DNA of 64,000 bases from an uncultured virus (IMG/VR IMGVR_UViG_3300025635_000020) (lineage: Duplodnaviria > Heunggongvirae > Uroviricota > Caudoviricetes): the IMG/VR virus record IMGVR_UViG_3300025635_000020; one strand, 5' to 3'. This document shows, piece after piece, positions 39,001-47,476 of the stretch (within the stretch, counting starts at the first letter, position 1; each line of letters opens with the position of its first letter). The position numbers and the translations under genes were made by a program. A model generated the notes under the pieces. That model did not search any database, was not told the DNA's origin, and saw only the letters and a program-made list of their open reading frames with translations.

Positions 39001-39453
39001 TTGATCCCATTCAAAGATGCCCCAGGTGCTGACTGTGGTGTCTAACCAATAATCACCATTGGCAGGAGCACCAGTTGGGCGTGTTAAACTTGCAGTTAAT
39101 TCTGTTAGGTCAATGTCAGCACGTTGTACATAAGCACGATTTGTAACGCCCAACGCTGAATACGCAGCCAACAAGCCGTACTCGTTGAGTTCGTAACCAT
39201 TGATTGGAGTTCCAGTTGTGGTGTTGTAAAAGAACGGCACACCAAATGTGGCTGCCAGGTCGCGCTGACTAGTGATTAAATATGTTTTGTTTGCATTGGC
39301 AGCAAGTGTACCAGCTGCTACGGTTACGCCGTCGCTGGATACTTTGTTTTGTGCAGTTGCAACTAAGAAATAAGGGACTGTGTTGACAGCAGAAGGGATG
39401 TATTGACTCTCGTCAATTACTGTTACTTCTACGCCTGGTGATACTAGAGCCAT
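36034..39453 (-). CDS. contractile tail sheath protein (gp18-like) with large insertions
   Basis: MALVSPGVEV, PWLAPAGTRRG, INPI, RINVARL, FEPND, IEPVKAVEFIYI. Confidence 0.95.
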   Translation of the reverse strand: MALVSPGVEVTVIDESQYIPSAVNTVPYFLVATAQNKVSSDGVTVAAGTLAANANKTYLITSQRDLAATFGVPFFYNTTTGTPINGYELNEYGLLAAYSALGVTNRAYVQRADIDLTELTASLTRPTGAPANGDYWLDTTVSTWGIFEWDQINATFTNVVPLVITDATDCVSGDDTIAGNTPKDSIGSIGDYAVVAVGVNIFGYYKKYDNTWNQIGSDAWKTSWPTITGSAAPTVLTAGSNIFINDSLITVPVAPNNTVAGLAGAITGITGVTATATNNVLRIYADSTAANDGSTLSNNGIVTIDVGTVGGSALLTALGISAGEYAAPEYNPSYSYEQPRWRTTDSDGGRPTGSVWQNLSTANNGLNLSFKSYSATLGAFVSQTVPAYANDTAALYGLDPSGGGKNIPVGTSYVLFDNFFYQTTPLITFAFEILNRYAIGATEVTGTTTPTGNAFTVGNTFTLTGTAAGQSFNNSGTVTIGGTGTVADFITAVSAANVPHVSASVNTAGNIVFTHSQGGTIFLANTSGTPATTAGFTTSTDKVRQSPVSAIGLVLSNFVTDPLFTYSSSSTAPDQDPADGRLWYYSSVDEADIMIQDNGSWQGYQLVTNDVRGYDLTLCNATGPIISATAPTTQTNTAESPLAYGDLWIDTSDLENYPKLYRWESVNGLDQWVEIDTSDQVTQNGILFADARWAPNGTTDPVADAIPSISDLLTSSYLDPDAPDPSLYPQGMLLFNTRRSGYNVKSFQQNYFTTSATDYAIDSWSSTATYAYNDFVSYNNNIYVCILAPTANQNPSNGTYWAAINLNTWLTASGNKDNGSMWSGRLAQRQLIVSALKAGIDTSVSAREEQNQYNIIATPAYPELTPNMIALSNERNNTLFVVGDTPMRLGPDGNSLVEWATNNNGLGLATEDGNSATSNYCGVFYPSCQTTDLSGNTVVQPPSHMMVRTILRSDAASYPWLAPAGTRRGVIDNASSIGYIDAATGEFNQIGVSQSVRDILYERNINPITFIPGVGITNFGNKTSTVTTTALDRINVARLVAFLRGRLEEIGKLYLFEPNDQITRNEITNTCNSLMIDLVAKRAIYDYLVVCDLSNNTPARIDRNELWVDIAIEPVKAVEFIYIPLRIKNTGEIAGGAGV

Positions 39454-39477
39454 AATGGTTTCCTTTTCAAGTTCTAA

Positions 39478-39542
39478 TATTTATTGACGAATGCCAAAAA
39501 CCGCTGAGTTGTGCGCCCTTTGGCCAAGGTCCACCATAAATA
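39478..39542. promoter_or_regulatory. back-to-back late promoters (TAAATA)
   Basis: Minus-strand TAAATA at 39478-39483 (sheath) and plus-strand TAAATA at 39537-39542 (HNH-like gene). Confidence 0.65.
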
Positions 39543-39546
39543 TGCC

Positions 39547-39894
39547 ATGCAAAGGCCCATTTGTCAGTCATGTCATCAACGTCCATGTGCTGTAAACTAC
39601 ATCAAAGAAAATATCACACACTATAGATCACGGTGTGAAAACTGCACAAGAAAGGGACGTGGACTTCGCCCACGAGAACCACGGTGGAAATCTGCTGGCT
39701 ACAAGAAAAAACCCGCATGTGATCGATGCGGGTTTAAGGCCAAGCTGTCAACGCAACTATTGGTGTTTCATGTGGACGGAAATCTCAACAACCTAGAACA
39801 ACGAAATTTAAAAACAGTTTGTCTTAACTGTGTTGAGTTATTGAAAAAAACCGATGCTACTTGGCGTCCGGGAGATCTTGAGCCGGACTTGTGA
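39547..39894 (+). CDS. zinc-finger / HNH-like protein
   Basis: Several CxxC pairs plus HVDGNLNN...NLKTVCLNC; start MQRPIC 4 nt after TAAATA. Confidence 0.7.
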   Translation: MQRPICQSCHQRPCAVNYIKENITHYRSRCENCTRKGRGLRPREPRWKSAGYKKKPACDRCGFKAKLSTQLLVFHVDGNLNNLEQRNLKTVCLNCVELLKKTDATWRPGDLEPDL

Positions 39895-40519
39895 CCAGGG
39901 CTTTTACCTGTTGATATAAGTGGTCCAGTGTGCTGTTATTGTCCAACACCGCATCAAACTTGGTGCCAATCCAAGCAGTTTCGCTGGCATGAATGCCTAG
40001 TTTTTTCAGTCGTTCACGGCTGGTAGCCCAGGTAACATTGCCGTTGGGGCCTCGATTAACACTACCAGCAGCCTCGTACCACTCGGGTTCGGGCCCGCGA
40101 ACTACCCTAACCACTAGTCCCCCAGCCTGTTTAATTGCTGCTATTTCATTGGGAAAACGACAGTCACTGATCACCACATCATCCTGGCTGTTGCGTAGTT
40201 TGTTTTCTAAACTGGCAATCCAAATATCATCATGGAATCCACGGCGGCAAACTTCAGTACCCCATTGTTGTAGCACGTATCTTGGGGTCAAGTCAGGCAC
40301 ATTTAAACGCTGGGCCCACCAGGGATCCACTTGTTCTCGCCACTCGCGAGCCTGTTTTGTACGGCCTTCTAGCAAAACTCTATCCCATCCAAACACACAG
40401 GCCACAGCATCTTTCAGCGTATTGGCAAAACTTTCTCTGCGAAAACCATGAAAATTACACAGGTAGTCGGCGGCAGTGTCTTTGCCAGCGCCTATCAGGC
40501 CCACAATACCAACGATCAT
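39857..40519 (-). CDS. deoxynucleoside monophosphate kinase (T4 gp1-like)
   Basis: GLIGAGKDT, SFANTLKD, TPRYVLQQWGTE, ISDCRFPNE, HASE. Confidence 0.92.
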   Translation of the reverse strand: MIVGIVGLIGAGKDTAADYLCNFHGFRRESFANTLKDAVACVFGWDRVLLEGRTKQAREWREQVDPWWAQRLNVPDLTPRYVLQQWGTEVCRRGFHDDIWIASLENKLRNSQDDVVISDCRFPNEIAAIKQAGGLVVRVVRGPEPEWYEAAGSVNRGPNGNVTWATSRERLKKLGIHASETAWIGTKFDAVLDNNSTLDHLYQQVKALVTSPAQDLPDAK

Positions 40520-41037
40520 GCCAGTTCCTTTACGTTTAAGTGTTTAAGTGTCGTTTGTAGCAGTTTGATTTGCCTGCGACAATCTTCAAGTGCGTGGTGA
40601 CTTGTGGGCGGCTTAGGCAAGCCAGGCCACAGAGAGAATACTGTACGGCTATCACGAACCTTGTAGTATTGCCAGGGAATGGGTTTACCGTAACTTTTGT
40701 AGGCGTGTTCTAGTATGGTCATGTCAAACGTGGGGCCTTGACTATACAAAAAATTGCTGGTCCATATTAGTTTGCCTAACTCGTCTAGGGCTTGATCCAA
40801 TGGTATTCTATTTTCTTCAGCAAATGCTTCGGCCTGTGCCAGTGGTTGAGTGGCCCACCAGGCTATGGTGCCGTCGTCAATGGTTCGATTTTCTTGACTT
40901 TCAAGAGTAATTCTTGCGTAGAAACACCGATCAAAATAGCCGTTGCCCAGTGGATCAAATGCTTGAGCGGCAATGGTTAGAATTGTAGCGGCCGGGGCTA
41001 CTCCCAGTGTTTCGATATCAATCATTAGCGAGCTCAT
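40516..41037 (-). CDS. DEDDh 3'-5' exonuclease (DexA-like)
   Basis: MIDIETL, GPTFD, RDSRT, HHALED. Confidence 0.85.
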   Translation of the reverse strand: MSSLMIDIETLGVAPAATILTIAAQAFDPLGNGYFDRCFYARITLESQENRTIDDGTIAWWATQPLAQAEAFAEENRIPLDQALDELGKLIWTSNFLYSQGPTFDMTILEHAYKSYGKPIPWQYYKVRDSRTVFSLWPGLPKPPTSHHALEDCRRQIKLLQTTLKHLNVKELA

Positions 41038-41042
41038 ACACT

Positions 41043-41071
41043 ATTGTAGCACAGTTACTGAATTAAGTCAA
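41043..41071 (-). promoter_or_regulatory. sigma70-type promoter TTGACT-N17-TACAAT, probably leaderless exonuclease mRNA
   Basis: -35 at 41066-41071, extended -10 (TGcTACAAT) at 41043-41048, ATG 5 nt downstream. Confidence 0.65.
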
Positions 41072-41735
41072 CGTTCATTTGCTCTCGAAACCAATCAAAA
41101 AATGCATCTCTAGTTGGATAATATTCAGTATGATCTAAACGATTTTGAGCTATTGCCCATTCCCATGGGGGCTCAGCACCAAACGCCGACCAATCAATTT
41201 GAGAATATATTGGAGATGTTTTAGATAAAGTGCCGTGACTAACTTCGTGTTGACTAAGACGGGAGTTATGTACGTCATAAATGAAACACATCTTGTAGGG
41301 TACATTTTGAGTTTTTAACAATGTTTGTACTGAAAGTATAGAACGTAACGTTAACTCTGAAAGATAGTTCTGATCAGCACCGACATATAAAATATCAAAA
41401 TATTGTTTTACTGTGCGTGGTGCTTCTGCTGATTGCCCCGAACACCCTATACCTCCTGAATGGTACCAGGCTATATCACCCACTACATCAACAAAGTTAT
41501 AGTCAAACGTTTGGTGCAACGGCAACGGAACAGGCATGTCCAACCTGTTTATTCCGCTCCATAAAACTATAACTTGATCAAAATGTTGTTGTGATAGTTC
41601 GTAAATGACTCGTGCGGCAATGGCCTGATTGCCTGCGCCCGATGAGCCGTGTATGCTATATTGATTCTGGTTGATTTGTTCAACAAACTTTAATTTGTGA
41701 ACATAACTACAACCAGCTATTAGTGTTTTACTCAA
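41055..41735 (-). CDS. SGNH-like hypothetical protein
   Basis: IAGCSY, GAGNQAI, WSGINR; the terminal DxxH is degenerate (DHTEYYP). Confidence 0.5.
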   Translation of the reverse strand: MSKTLIAGCSYVHKLKFVEQINQNQYSIHGSSGAGNQAIAARVIYELSQQHFDQVIVLWSGINRLDMPVPLPLHQTFDYNFVDVVGDIAWYHSGGIGCSGQSAEAPRTVKQYFDILYVGADQNYLSELTLRSILSVQTLLKTQNVPYKMCFIYDVHNSRLSQHEVSHGTLSKTSPIYSQIDWSAFGAEPPWEWAIAQNRLDHTEYYPTRDAFFDWFREQMNVDLIQ

Positions 41736-42497
41736 TTACCCAATGACCCAGGTAAGTGGTTGACTTGCATCCACATACAGTTTGAGTTCTTCAATTTTAG
41801 CATCCATGATGGCCTGGCCTTCAGTTTTCATTTGAGTACCGTTTAGCTGGCCGCCACCTTGTGGTCCTGCAATTTGAGCAAACTTTTCACGAGCTTCTCC
41901 AATGATCATTTTACAAGCACCTACCATGTAATCACGAATCCATTGACTAATTTGGTAGTCACTTAAAAGTTGAATTTCAGGTTTGGTTTGATACACCCAG
42001 AGTAGCACGTTTTCGCCAGTGCCTTTGGGGTCACGAATCAGTTGTAGTTTCTTTGTAACAGGATTCCAGGTGTAGTTCATGTATGCACCAAACATACGTC
42101 CAGCTAGTTCAACATACTGTGAATAGAAATCGTATGTGGCCAGGCCGCCGGCTACGTTGAAGTTCATGAGGTACACGTTGATTGAGGCCTGTGCAAAAGG
42201 ATCAAAGTTTGAGGCAAATGGTCCTGTAGAGTCGCCAAAGGTTCTGCGGAATATTTGACGCACACTATACACTTCTTGGGGCAAGGTGTAAATGTTTACA
42301 TCTTGAATTAACTCCATAAAAATGTATGCTTCTTCATAGGCATTGTTGGCACGTTGACGATAGGTGCCAATAGTACGCTGATACGCCGCTTCGTAGTGTG
42401 CAGGATCTAATTCAAGATCAATAATTTGATCACCCATTGTTAACTTGCAATATTCAATTAGGTTTTGCTTTAACTCGGGTAGGGTATTTTCAGCCAT
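41736..42497 (-). CDS. neck / head-tail adaptor protein (T4 gp13-like)
   Basis: IDLELD, YTLP, KMIIGEAREKF...GPQGGGQLNG. Confidence 0.85.
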   Translation of the reverse strand: MAENTLPELKQNLIEYCKLTMGDQIIDLELDPAHYEAAYQRTIGTYRQRANNAYEEAYIFMELIQDVNIYTLPQEVYSVRQIFRRTFGDSTGPFASNFDPFAQASINVYLMNFNVAGGLATYDFYSQYVELAGRMFGAYMNYTWNPVTKKLQLIRDPKGTGENVLLWVYQTKPEIQLLSDYQISQWIRDYMVGACKMIIGEAREKFAQIAGPQGGGQLNGTQMKTEGQAIMDAKIEELKLYVDASQPLTWVIG

Positions 42498-42519
42498 AAG
42501 GGACTCCAGTCCCTTATAT

Positions 42520-43647
42520 TTACCAGACGCGAAGGATGATCAAGTTCTCCGTGCCACGACCGTTAAAGGCTGTTTCGGTAGTTTTGATATCTTTGAAAAT
42601 TTTACGAGCGGCTGGTTTGCCTGCGGCTGTAATTGCCTTTAGAGTTTCGGCCGGCTTGCGAACAGTTTTCTGTAGCGTTTCTACAGTAGAAAACCCAATG
42701 ATGCTGTTGTTTTTTACAGTAAACACCTTGGCATACTCATCAGCAACAAGATGTATGAGTTTGCGTTTTTTGCTTTCATACAACCAGGCTTCTGACTTGT
42801 CTACAAGTTGTGCGGCAGGCAGGCTTTTGAGCTTGAGCTCTGCAAACTCTACTTGAAACTTAAACTTGGCCGCTTTCTTTTCTGGCGTTACTGGCTTGAC
42901 CTTGCGCGGCTTGCGTTCTACCTTTTTAATCTGAACATAACTACCGCAGTCACTGATCACAAGCTCACAAAATTTAACACACGATTTGAGCTGTGTTTTT
43001 GTCATGTAGTCATAGGCTTTGGCTAGGTCAGGATCTCGGCCTTCCACCACTGTTTCAAACTCTTCTAGCTTTTTAGTCCACTTGTCCCGGATTATTGACA
43101 CCATTTGCGGTGCAATATTCATTGAACGCATCAGCGACACTGGCTTGTAGTCGGCTGTGAGTTTGGCACCGGTGGCAATAAATTCATCAAACAAACCTTC
43201 AAGCTCGCCCATGCATTCGCTGACTTTTTCACGCAGGCGATCTTGAATATTGGGTTTGGCCGGCGTGTCTAGATCAGGCTCGGGCTCTACTGTTTGGACT
43301 GGTTTACTAGTTAAAACTTCATTGAGCAAATTATCCAGTTTAATTTGTTCGTGCTCGTCCAATTGCAGTCCTACCATGCTCATGCGACACAGCCAGCCTG
43401 TGGTAAGACGAATAGATGAATCTGGAATACTTTTTAAGATTTTAACATCTGCCTTGCGACCATGTGCTTCCAAGTAGTTTACGATCATGTCGCGAGCATC
43501 TTTTTTGCCGTAGAAATAATTATACCAACTGAATGCATGGCTTAGAGCACTGATACGATTTTCAGTGGGCTGGTTTTTCCAAGCGGGTTCTCCGCCCATG
43601 ACGTTGGTATCCGAACTACGGGGATTTAACAGTTTAACGGATTTCAC
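42520..43647 (-). CDS. conserved hypothetical early phage protein
   Basis: GTG start at 43647 with AAAAGGAG RBS below an early promoter; WYNYFY, PNIQDRLREK, QKTVRKP, NGR motifs. Confidence 0.7.
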   Translation of the reverse strand: MKSVKLLNPRSSDTNVMGGEPAWKNQPTENRISALSHAFSWYNYFYGKKDARDMIVNYLEAHGRKADVKILKSIPDSSIRLTTGWLCRMSMVGLQLDEHEQIKLDNLLNEVLTSKPVQTVEPEPDLDTPAKPNIQDRLREKVSECMGELEGLFDEFIATGAKLTADYKPVSLMRSMNIAPQMVSIIRDKWTKKLEEFETVVEGRDPDLAKAYDYMTKTQLKSCVKFCELVISDCGSYVQIKKVERKPRKVKPVTPEKKAAKFKFQVEFAELKLKSLPAAQLVDKSEAWLYESKKRKLIHLVADEYAKVFTVKNNSIIGFSTVETLQKTVRKPAETLKAITAAGKPAARKIFKDIKTTETAFNGRGTENLIILRVW

Positions 43648-43675
43648 GCTGGCTCCTTTTAGGCTAATATTTGTA

Positions 43676-43704
43676 ATTATAGCAGAACGGAATTTAATGG
43701 TCAA
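43676..43704 (-). promoter_or_regulatory. sigma70-type early promoter TTGACC-N17-TATAAT
   Basis: Third copy of GGTTGACCA(T/A)TAAAT...GCTATAAT; divergent from a late TAAATA at 43713-43718. Confidence 0.8.
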
Positions 43705-43725
43705 CCTGCCCATAAATACTAGACT

Positions 43726-45102
43726 ATGCCTCGATTGTCACTTTACCGCCCGAATCGTACCCGCGATTATCAGTTTCTAGATCGTACTATCTCCGAAATG
43801 TACACAGTTGGAGGTATGGACATTTTCGTCCACAAATACATGGGTCCGCAAACTGGCGGTGAAGATTCTGCGCTATCTGGGAACGGAGACGCAACTCAAC
43901 CTATTTACGACGAATTAAACCCACTTAACATCCAAGACCTGTTGTTATTAGAAAACCGAGATCGAGTGTATGATCAAGACGTTTACATCATGCGCGGTGT
44001 GTACACTCACCAGGACGTTGACTTTGACCTCACACAATTTGGTTTGTTCTTGAACAACGATACCTTGTTTATCACGTTTCACTACAATGATATGATTGAC
44101 ACGTTTGGCCGTAAACTAATGAACGGCGACGTGCTGGAAGTTCCTAACTTAAAAGATTATCATCCGCTGAATCAAGCTATTCCGCAGCCGCTTCCAAAAT
44201 ATTACGTTGTACAAGATGCCGACTATGCCACAGAAGGCATGAGCCAAACTTGGATGCCGCACACCTGGCGTGTAAAAGCCACACCAATGACCAACAATCA
44301 AGAGTTCAAAGACATTCTCAAGAAACCTGTGGTCAGTGAGAATATTTGGGACAATGGCAATTTTTATCCTACTGGATGGGTTACAAATTATGGTGATGTG
44401 TATTATCAAGCACAAAAAAATGTGCCGGCAGGAACAGCTATAACCAACACAGAATATTGGGCAGAATACACACCGCCCACACAGAGTGATCTATTCAGTA
44501 CAAGAACCAAAGACAACGAAATCAACGATGCCATACTCACACAAGCAGATGTCGAAGTTCCTCTCAGCGGGTATGATACTGCACAATATTATATTGCGCC
44601 AACATTAGCTGATGGCAGTCCCGCAAACCCAACTTCTTTGACCACTTCTGATGGTGTTACTGTGGACGGTACGCAAGGTGGCATGAATGTTACGCCTTCA
44701 GGTCCAGGCTATACCAAAGGTTACTTGACCGGGGATACAGTGCCAAATGGTGCTCCTGTTACCACAGGTGTAGCTTTTCCTCTTAATCCTGTGGATGGAG
44801 ATTATTGTTTGAGATTAGATTATTTCCCAAATCGTATGTTTAGATATAATTCAACTGTGAAACGTTGGGCCAAGATTGAAGATGGTGTGCGTACAAATCT
44901 CAATAATGGGCCTGCTAACAATACTTTGCGCTCCAGCTTTGTTAACAATACATACACTGTGCGCACCACAGACATGGGCAACATTCCAAGTCGTCAAAGT
45001 CTCAGTGAGGCTCTCAAGCCACGTGCTGACAACGGCGACCAAGGTGGTAACTTACCCCCAAATCCACCGCCTAACACACAACCTGGACAACCATCGAGTT
45101 AA
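43726..45102 (+). CDS. neck / head-closure protein (T4 gp14-like) with extra domains
   Basis: DLTQFGLFL...FITFH...GRKLMNGDVLEVP; position between gp13- and gp15-like genes. Confidence 0.7.
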   Translation: MPRLSLYRPNRTRDYQFLDRTISEMYTVGGMDIFVHKYMGPQTGGEDSALSGNGDATQPIYDELNPLNIQDLLLLENRDRVYDQDVYIMRGVYTHQDVDFDLTQFGLFLNNDTLFITFHYNDMIDTFGRKLMNGDVLEVPNLKDYHPLNQAIPQPLPKYYVVQDADYATEGMSQTWMPHTWRVKATPMTNNQEFKDILKKPVVSENIWDNGNFYPTGWVTNYGDVYYQAQKNVPAGTAITNTEYWAEYTPPTQSDLFSTRTKDNEINDAILTQADVEVPLSGYDTAQYYIAPTLADGSPANPTSLTTSDGVTVDGTQGGMNVTPSGPGYTKGYLTGDTVPNGAPVTTGVAFPLNPVDGDYCLRLDYFPNRMFRYNSTVKRWAKIEDGVRTNLNNGPANNTLRSSFVNNTYTVRTTDMGNIPSRQSLSEALKPRADNGDQGGNLPPNPPPNTQPGQPSS

Positions 45103-45133
45103 CAATTTTTCTATCTTGACGCATAAATAAAGG

Positions 45134-45655
45134 ATGCACATTTATAAAATAACAAACACTTCTAATGGTAAAGTCTACATTGGGCAAACTGTTCAACGAA
45201 ATCCTAAGACACGTTGGTATTCTCATTTATCCGATGCTCGCCGTGGAAAGAAAAGTTATTTGCTAGACAGTATCAGGAAGTACGGAAAAGAATCATTTAC
45301 ATGGGAAATTATTGATAACGCTGAATCCCTAGAAGAATTAAATGACAAAGAAGACTACTGGCTTACCTATTATAGATCTCAAGGAATTGTAGTTTACAAC
45401 AACAGAGAAGCTGGTGGCAACAAGACACATAGCCCCGAAAGCATTGAAAGAATGAGGGTGGCACAAAAGCTACGACATGCTACTACCAAAGTAGGTGGAT
45501 GGAAAAGACAAGATGGTGGTGCTATGAAGGGCAAGGTTCATCCTGGAAAAGGTAAACCGCATGCAAAACGCTGGTCCGAAGAAATGAAATTAGCCCATTC
45601 AATTCGTTGTAAAAAGCGTGAAGAACAAAAACGCCAATTGGCCAAGGAGAATTAA
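45134..45655 (+). mobile_element. free-standing GIY-YIG homing endonuclease (Seg-like) with NUMOD-type tail
   Basis: HIYKITN...KVYIGQT...R...KYG...E...YN...GG; HSPESIERM and WSEEMK repeats. Confidence 0.9.
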
Positions 45656-45656
45656 A

Positions 45657-47057
45657 ATTCAAGCCTATTTTTACGATGAACAATTACGCCGGTTCCTACT
45701 ACAATTCACTAGAATTGTCAGCAATTTTCAAATCGAATACGGTAACGAAAACAACGGTGTTAACAACGCCGCGTTGATTCGTGTGCCTGTGCGCTATGGT
45801 GATGCCAGCCGCAACGTACAAACCATTATTCAAGAGAACAGTCGTAACTCAATGCCAGCAAGTCCGCTGATGACATTCTATATTTCAAGTTTGGATTATG
45901 ATCGTCCTAGAATGCAAGAGCCATACTTTGTGAGCAAGGTCAATGTGCGTCAACGCACCTATGACAGCGAAACTGATACTTTTGAACCCACACAAGGCAA
46001 TGCTTTTACTATTGAGCGTCTAATGCCTGTGCCTTACAAAATGGGCATAACCTTGGACATCTGGACATCAAACACCAACCAAAAGATGCAACTGTTAGAG
46101 CAAATGTTGACTTTGTTCAACCCTAGTTTGGAAGTACAAAGCACCGATAACTACATAGACTGGACTAGCTTGACTGTGGTTGAACTTGAGTCAGTTACAT
46201 GGACTTCTCGCACAGTTCCTATTGGTACCGACAATCCCATAGACATGGCCACAATTAAATTCAACATACCAATTTGGCTCAGCTCACCGATTAAAGTCAA
46301 GAAGCTGGGCGTGGTAGAACGTGTTATTGCATCTATGTACGATGCACAAGGTGACTTAAACAACGCCGTGACCAACAATGATTTGCTAATGGGCACTAGA
46401 CAAATAATTACTCCGTACAATTGGGCAGTTGTGCTTATTGGCAATAGAGTGCAATGTTTACAACAACGTAGTATTGTACAAGAACCAAACAACACTAGTC
46501 TAGAGCCTACACAAATTGTTACAGACAGCAATCTATTATGGCCTGCTGTAATTGATACATATGGAGTACTACGGCCTGGCATTAGCCAAATAAGATTAAT
46601 TCAACCTGATGAATCAGAAGTAGTTGGAACTATAGTACTTGATCCCAATGATGATAGATTTGTGTTATTTGATGTTGACACAGATACCACGCCACAAAAC
46701 ACTCTTGATCCTATTGACGCTGTGATCAATCCTTTAGCAAGTGGTCCACAAGATGGATTAGATTCAGCTCTTGAGGGCCAACGATATTTGCTTACAGAAA
46801 ATACTGGCAGTGAAGACAATCTTGCACCTGCTGTGGCATGGGTTGGAGAAAACGGTCGTCCTCTAATTGCCGCTGCTAACGATATTATTGAATACACTGG
46901 TAATTATTGGAAGGTCGTGTTCAGAGCCGAGGGGCAAGCTGCTGGACAGTATGTTACAAACATTACTACTGGTATACAATACGAGTGGAATGGTGATGCC
47001 TGGGTCAAAAGTTATCAAGGTGTTTATGTGGGAGGAACATGGCGTCTAGTGCTTTAA
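45657..47057 (+). CDS. tail sheath stabiliser / terminator (T4 gp15-like) with C-terminal extension
   Basis: YFYDEQLRRF, RVPVRYG, MPVPY, QLLEQMLTLFNP; probable ATT start at 45657 (alternative GTG at 45618). Confidence 0.85.
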   Translation: MQAYFYDEQLRRFLLQFTRIVSNFQIEYGNENNGVNNAALIRVPVRYGDASRNVQTIIQENSRNSMPASPLMTFYISSLDYDRPRMQEPYFVSKVNVRQRTYDSETDTFEPTQGNAFTIERLMPVPYKMGITLDIWTSNTNQKMQLLEQMLTLFNPSLEVQSTDNYIDWTSLTVVELESVTWTSRTVPIGTDNPIDMATIKFNIPIWLSSPIKVKKLGVVERVIASMYDAQGDLNNAVTNNDLLMGTRQIITPYNWAVVLIGNRVQCLQQRSIVQEPNNTSLEPTQIVTDSNLLWPAVIDTYGVLRPGISQIRLIQPDESEVVGTIVLDPNDDRFVLFDVDTDTTPQNTLDPIDAVINPLASGPQDGLDSALEGQRYLLTENTGSEDNLAPAVAWVGENGRPLIAAANDIIEYTGNYWKVVFRAEGQAAGQYVTNITTGIQYEWNGDAWVKSYQGVYVGGTWRLVL

Positions 47058-47476
47058 AAGCGGTTGGCGTTTGGTTTCGAAGCTTGGACACTGGTCGTTA
47101 CCTATACCTTTTACGCAATGACTCGAAACATCCAGGTGCCTGGGGTTTGCCGGGAGGCAAAATAGAAACAGGCGAAACCCTGTTAGGTGGTATGGAACGT
47201 GAATGTATAGAAGAACTAGGATTTTTCCCTACATACTTGCGTCTTATACCGTTGGAAAAATTTACGTCAGCTGATTTGGCCTTTGAATATCACACCTGGG
47301 TCTGTGTGGTAGCAAATGAGTTTACACCTCGGTTAAACTACGAACACTTAGGTTATGCTTGGATAGACAAAGGCACATGGCCTCGGCCCATGCACCCTGG
47401 TTTGTGGAACACAGTCAATATTGAAGCTGTACAAAGCAAAATCCTGCTGGTTGAGCAGGATCTTGCTGATCGTTAA
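47039..47476 (+). CDS. Nudix hydrolase
   Basis: Nudix box GGKIETGETLLGGMERECIEELG. Confidence 0.92.
   Translation: MASSALKAVGVWFRSLDTGRYLYLLRNDSKHPGAWGLPGGKIETGETLLGGMERECIEELGFFPTYLRLIPLEKFTSADLAFEYHTWVCVVANEFTPRLNYEHLGYAWIDKGTWPRPMHPGLWNTVNIEAVQSKILLVEQDLADR

Noticed and set aside
43648..43713. N-terminal extension of the 42520-43713 ORF (similarly 11170-11274, 15378-15464, 4246-4302)
   Set aside because: The extensions run across promoters or upstream genes; downstream starts have RBS, promoter or coupling support or reduce the overlap
45618..45656. GTG start for gp15 given by the ORF track
   Set aside because: Lies inside the endonuclease gene without a clear SD; the AAGGAG is positioned for ATT 45657. 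Disfavoured but not excluded
45103..45656. Group I intron around the GIY-YIG ORF
   Set aside because: Only about 30 non-coding nt flank the ORF, leaving no room for a ribozyme core; both neighbouring genes look complete
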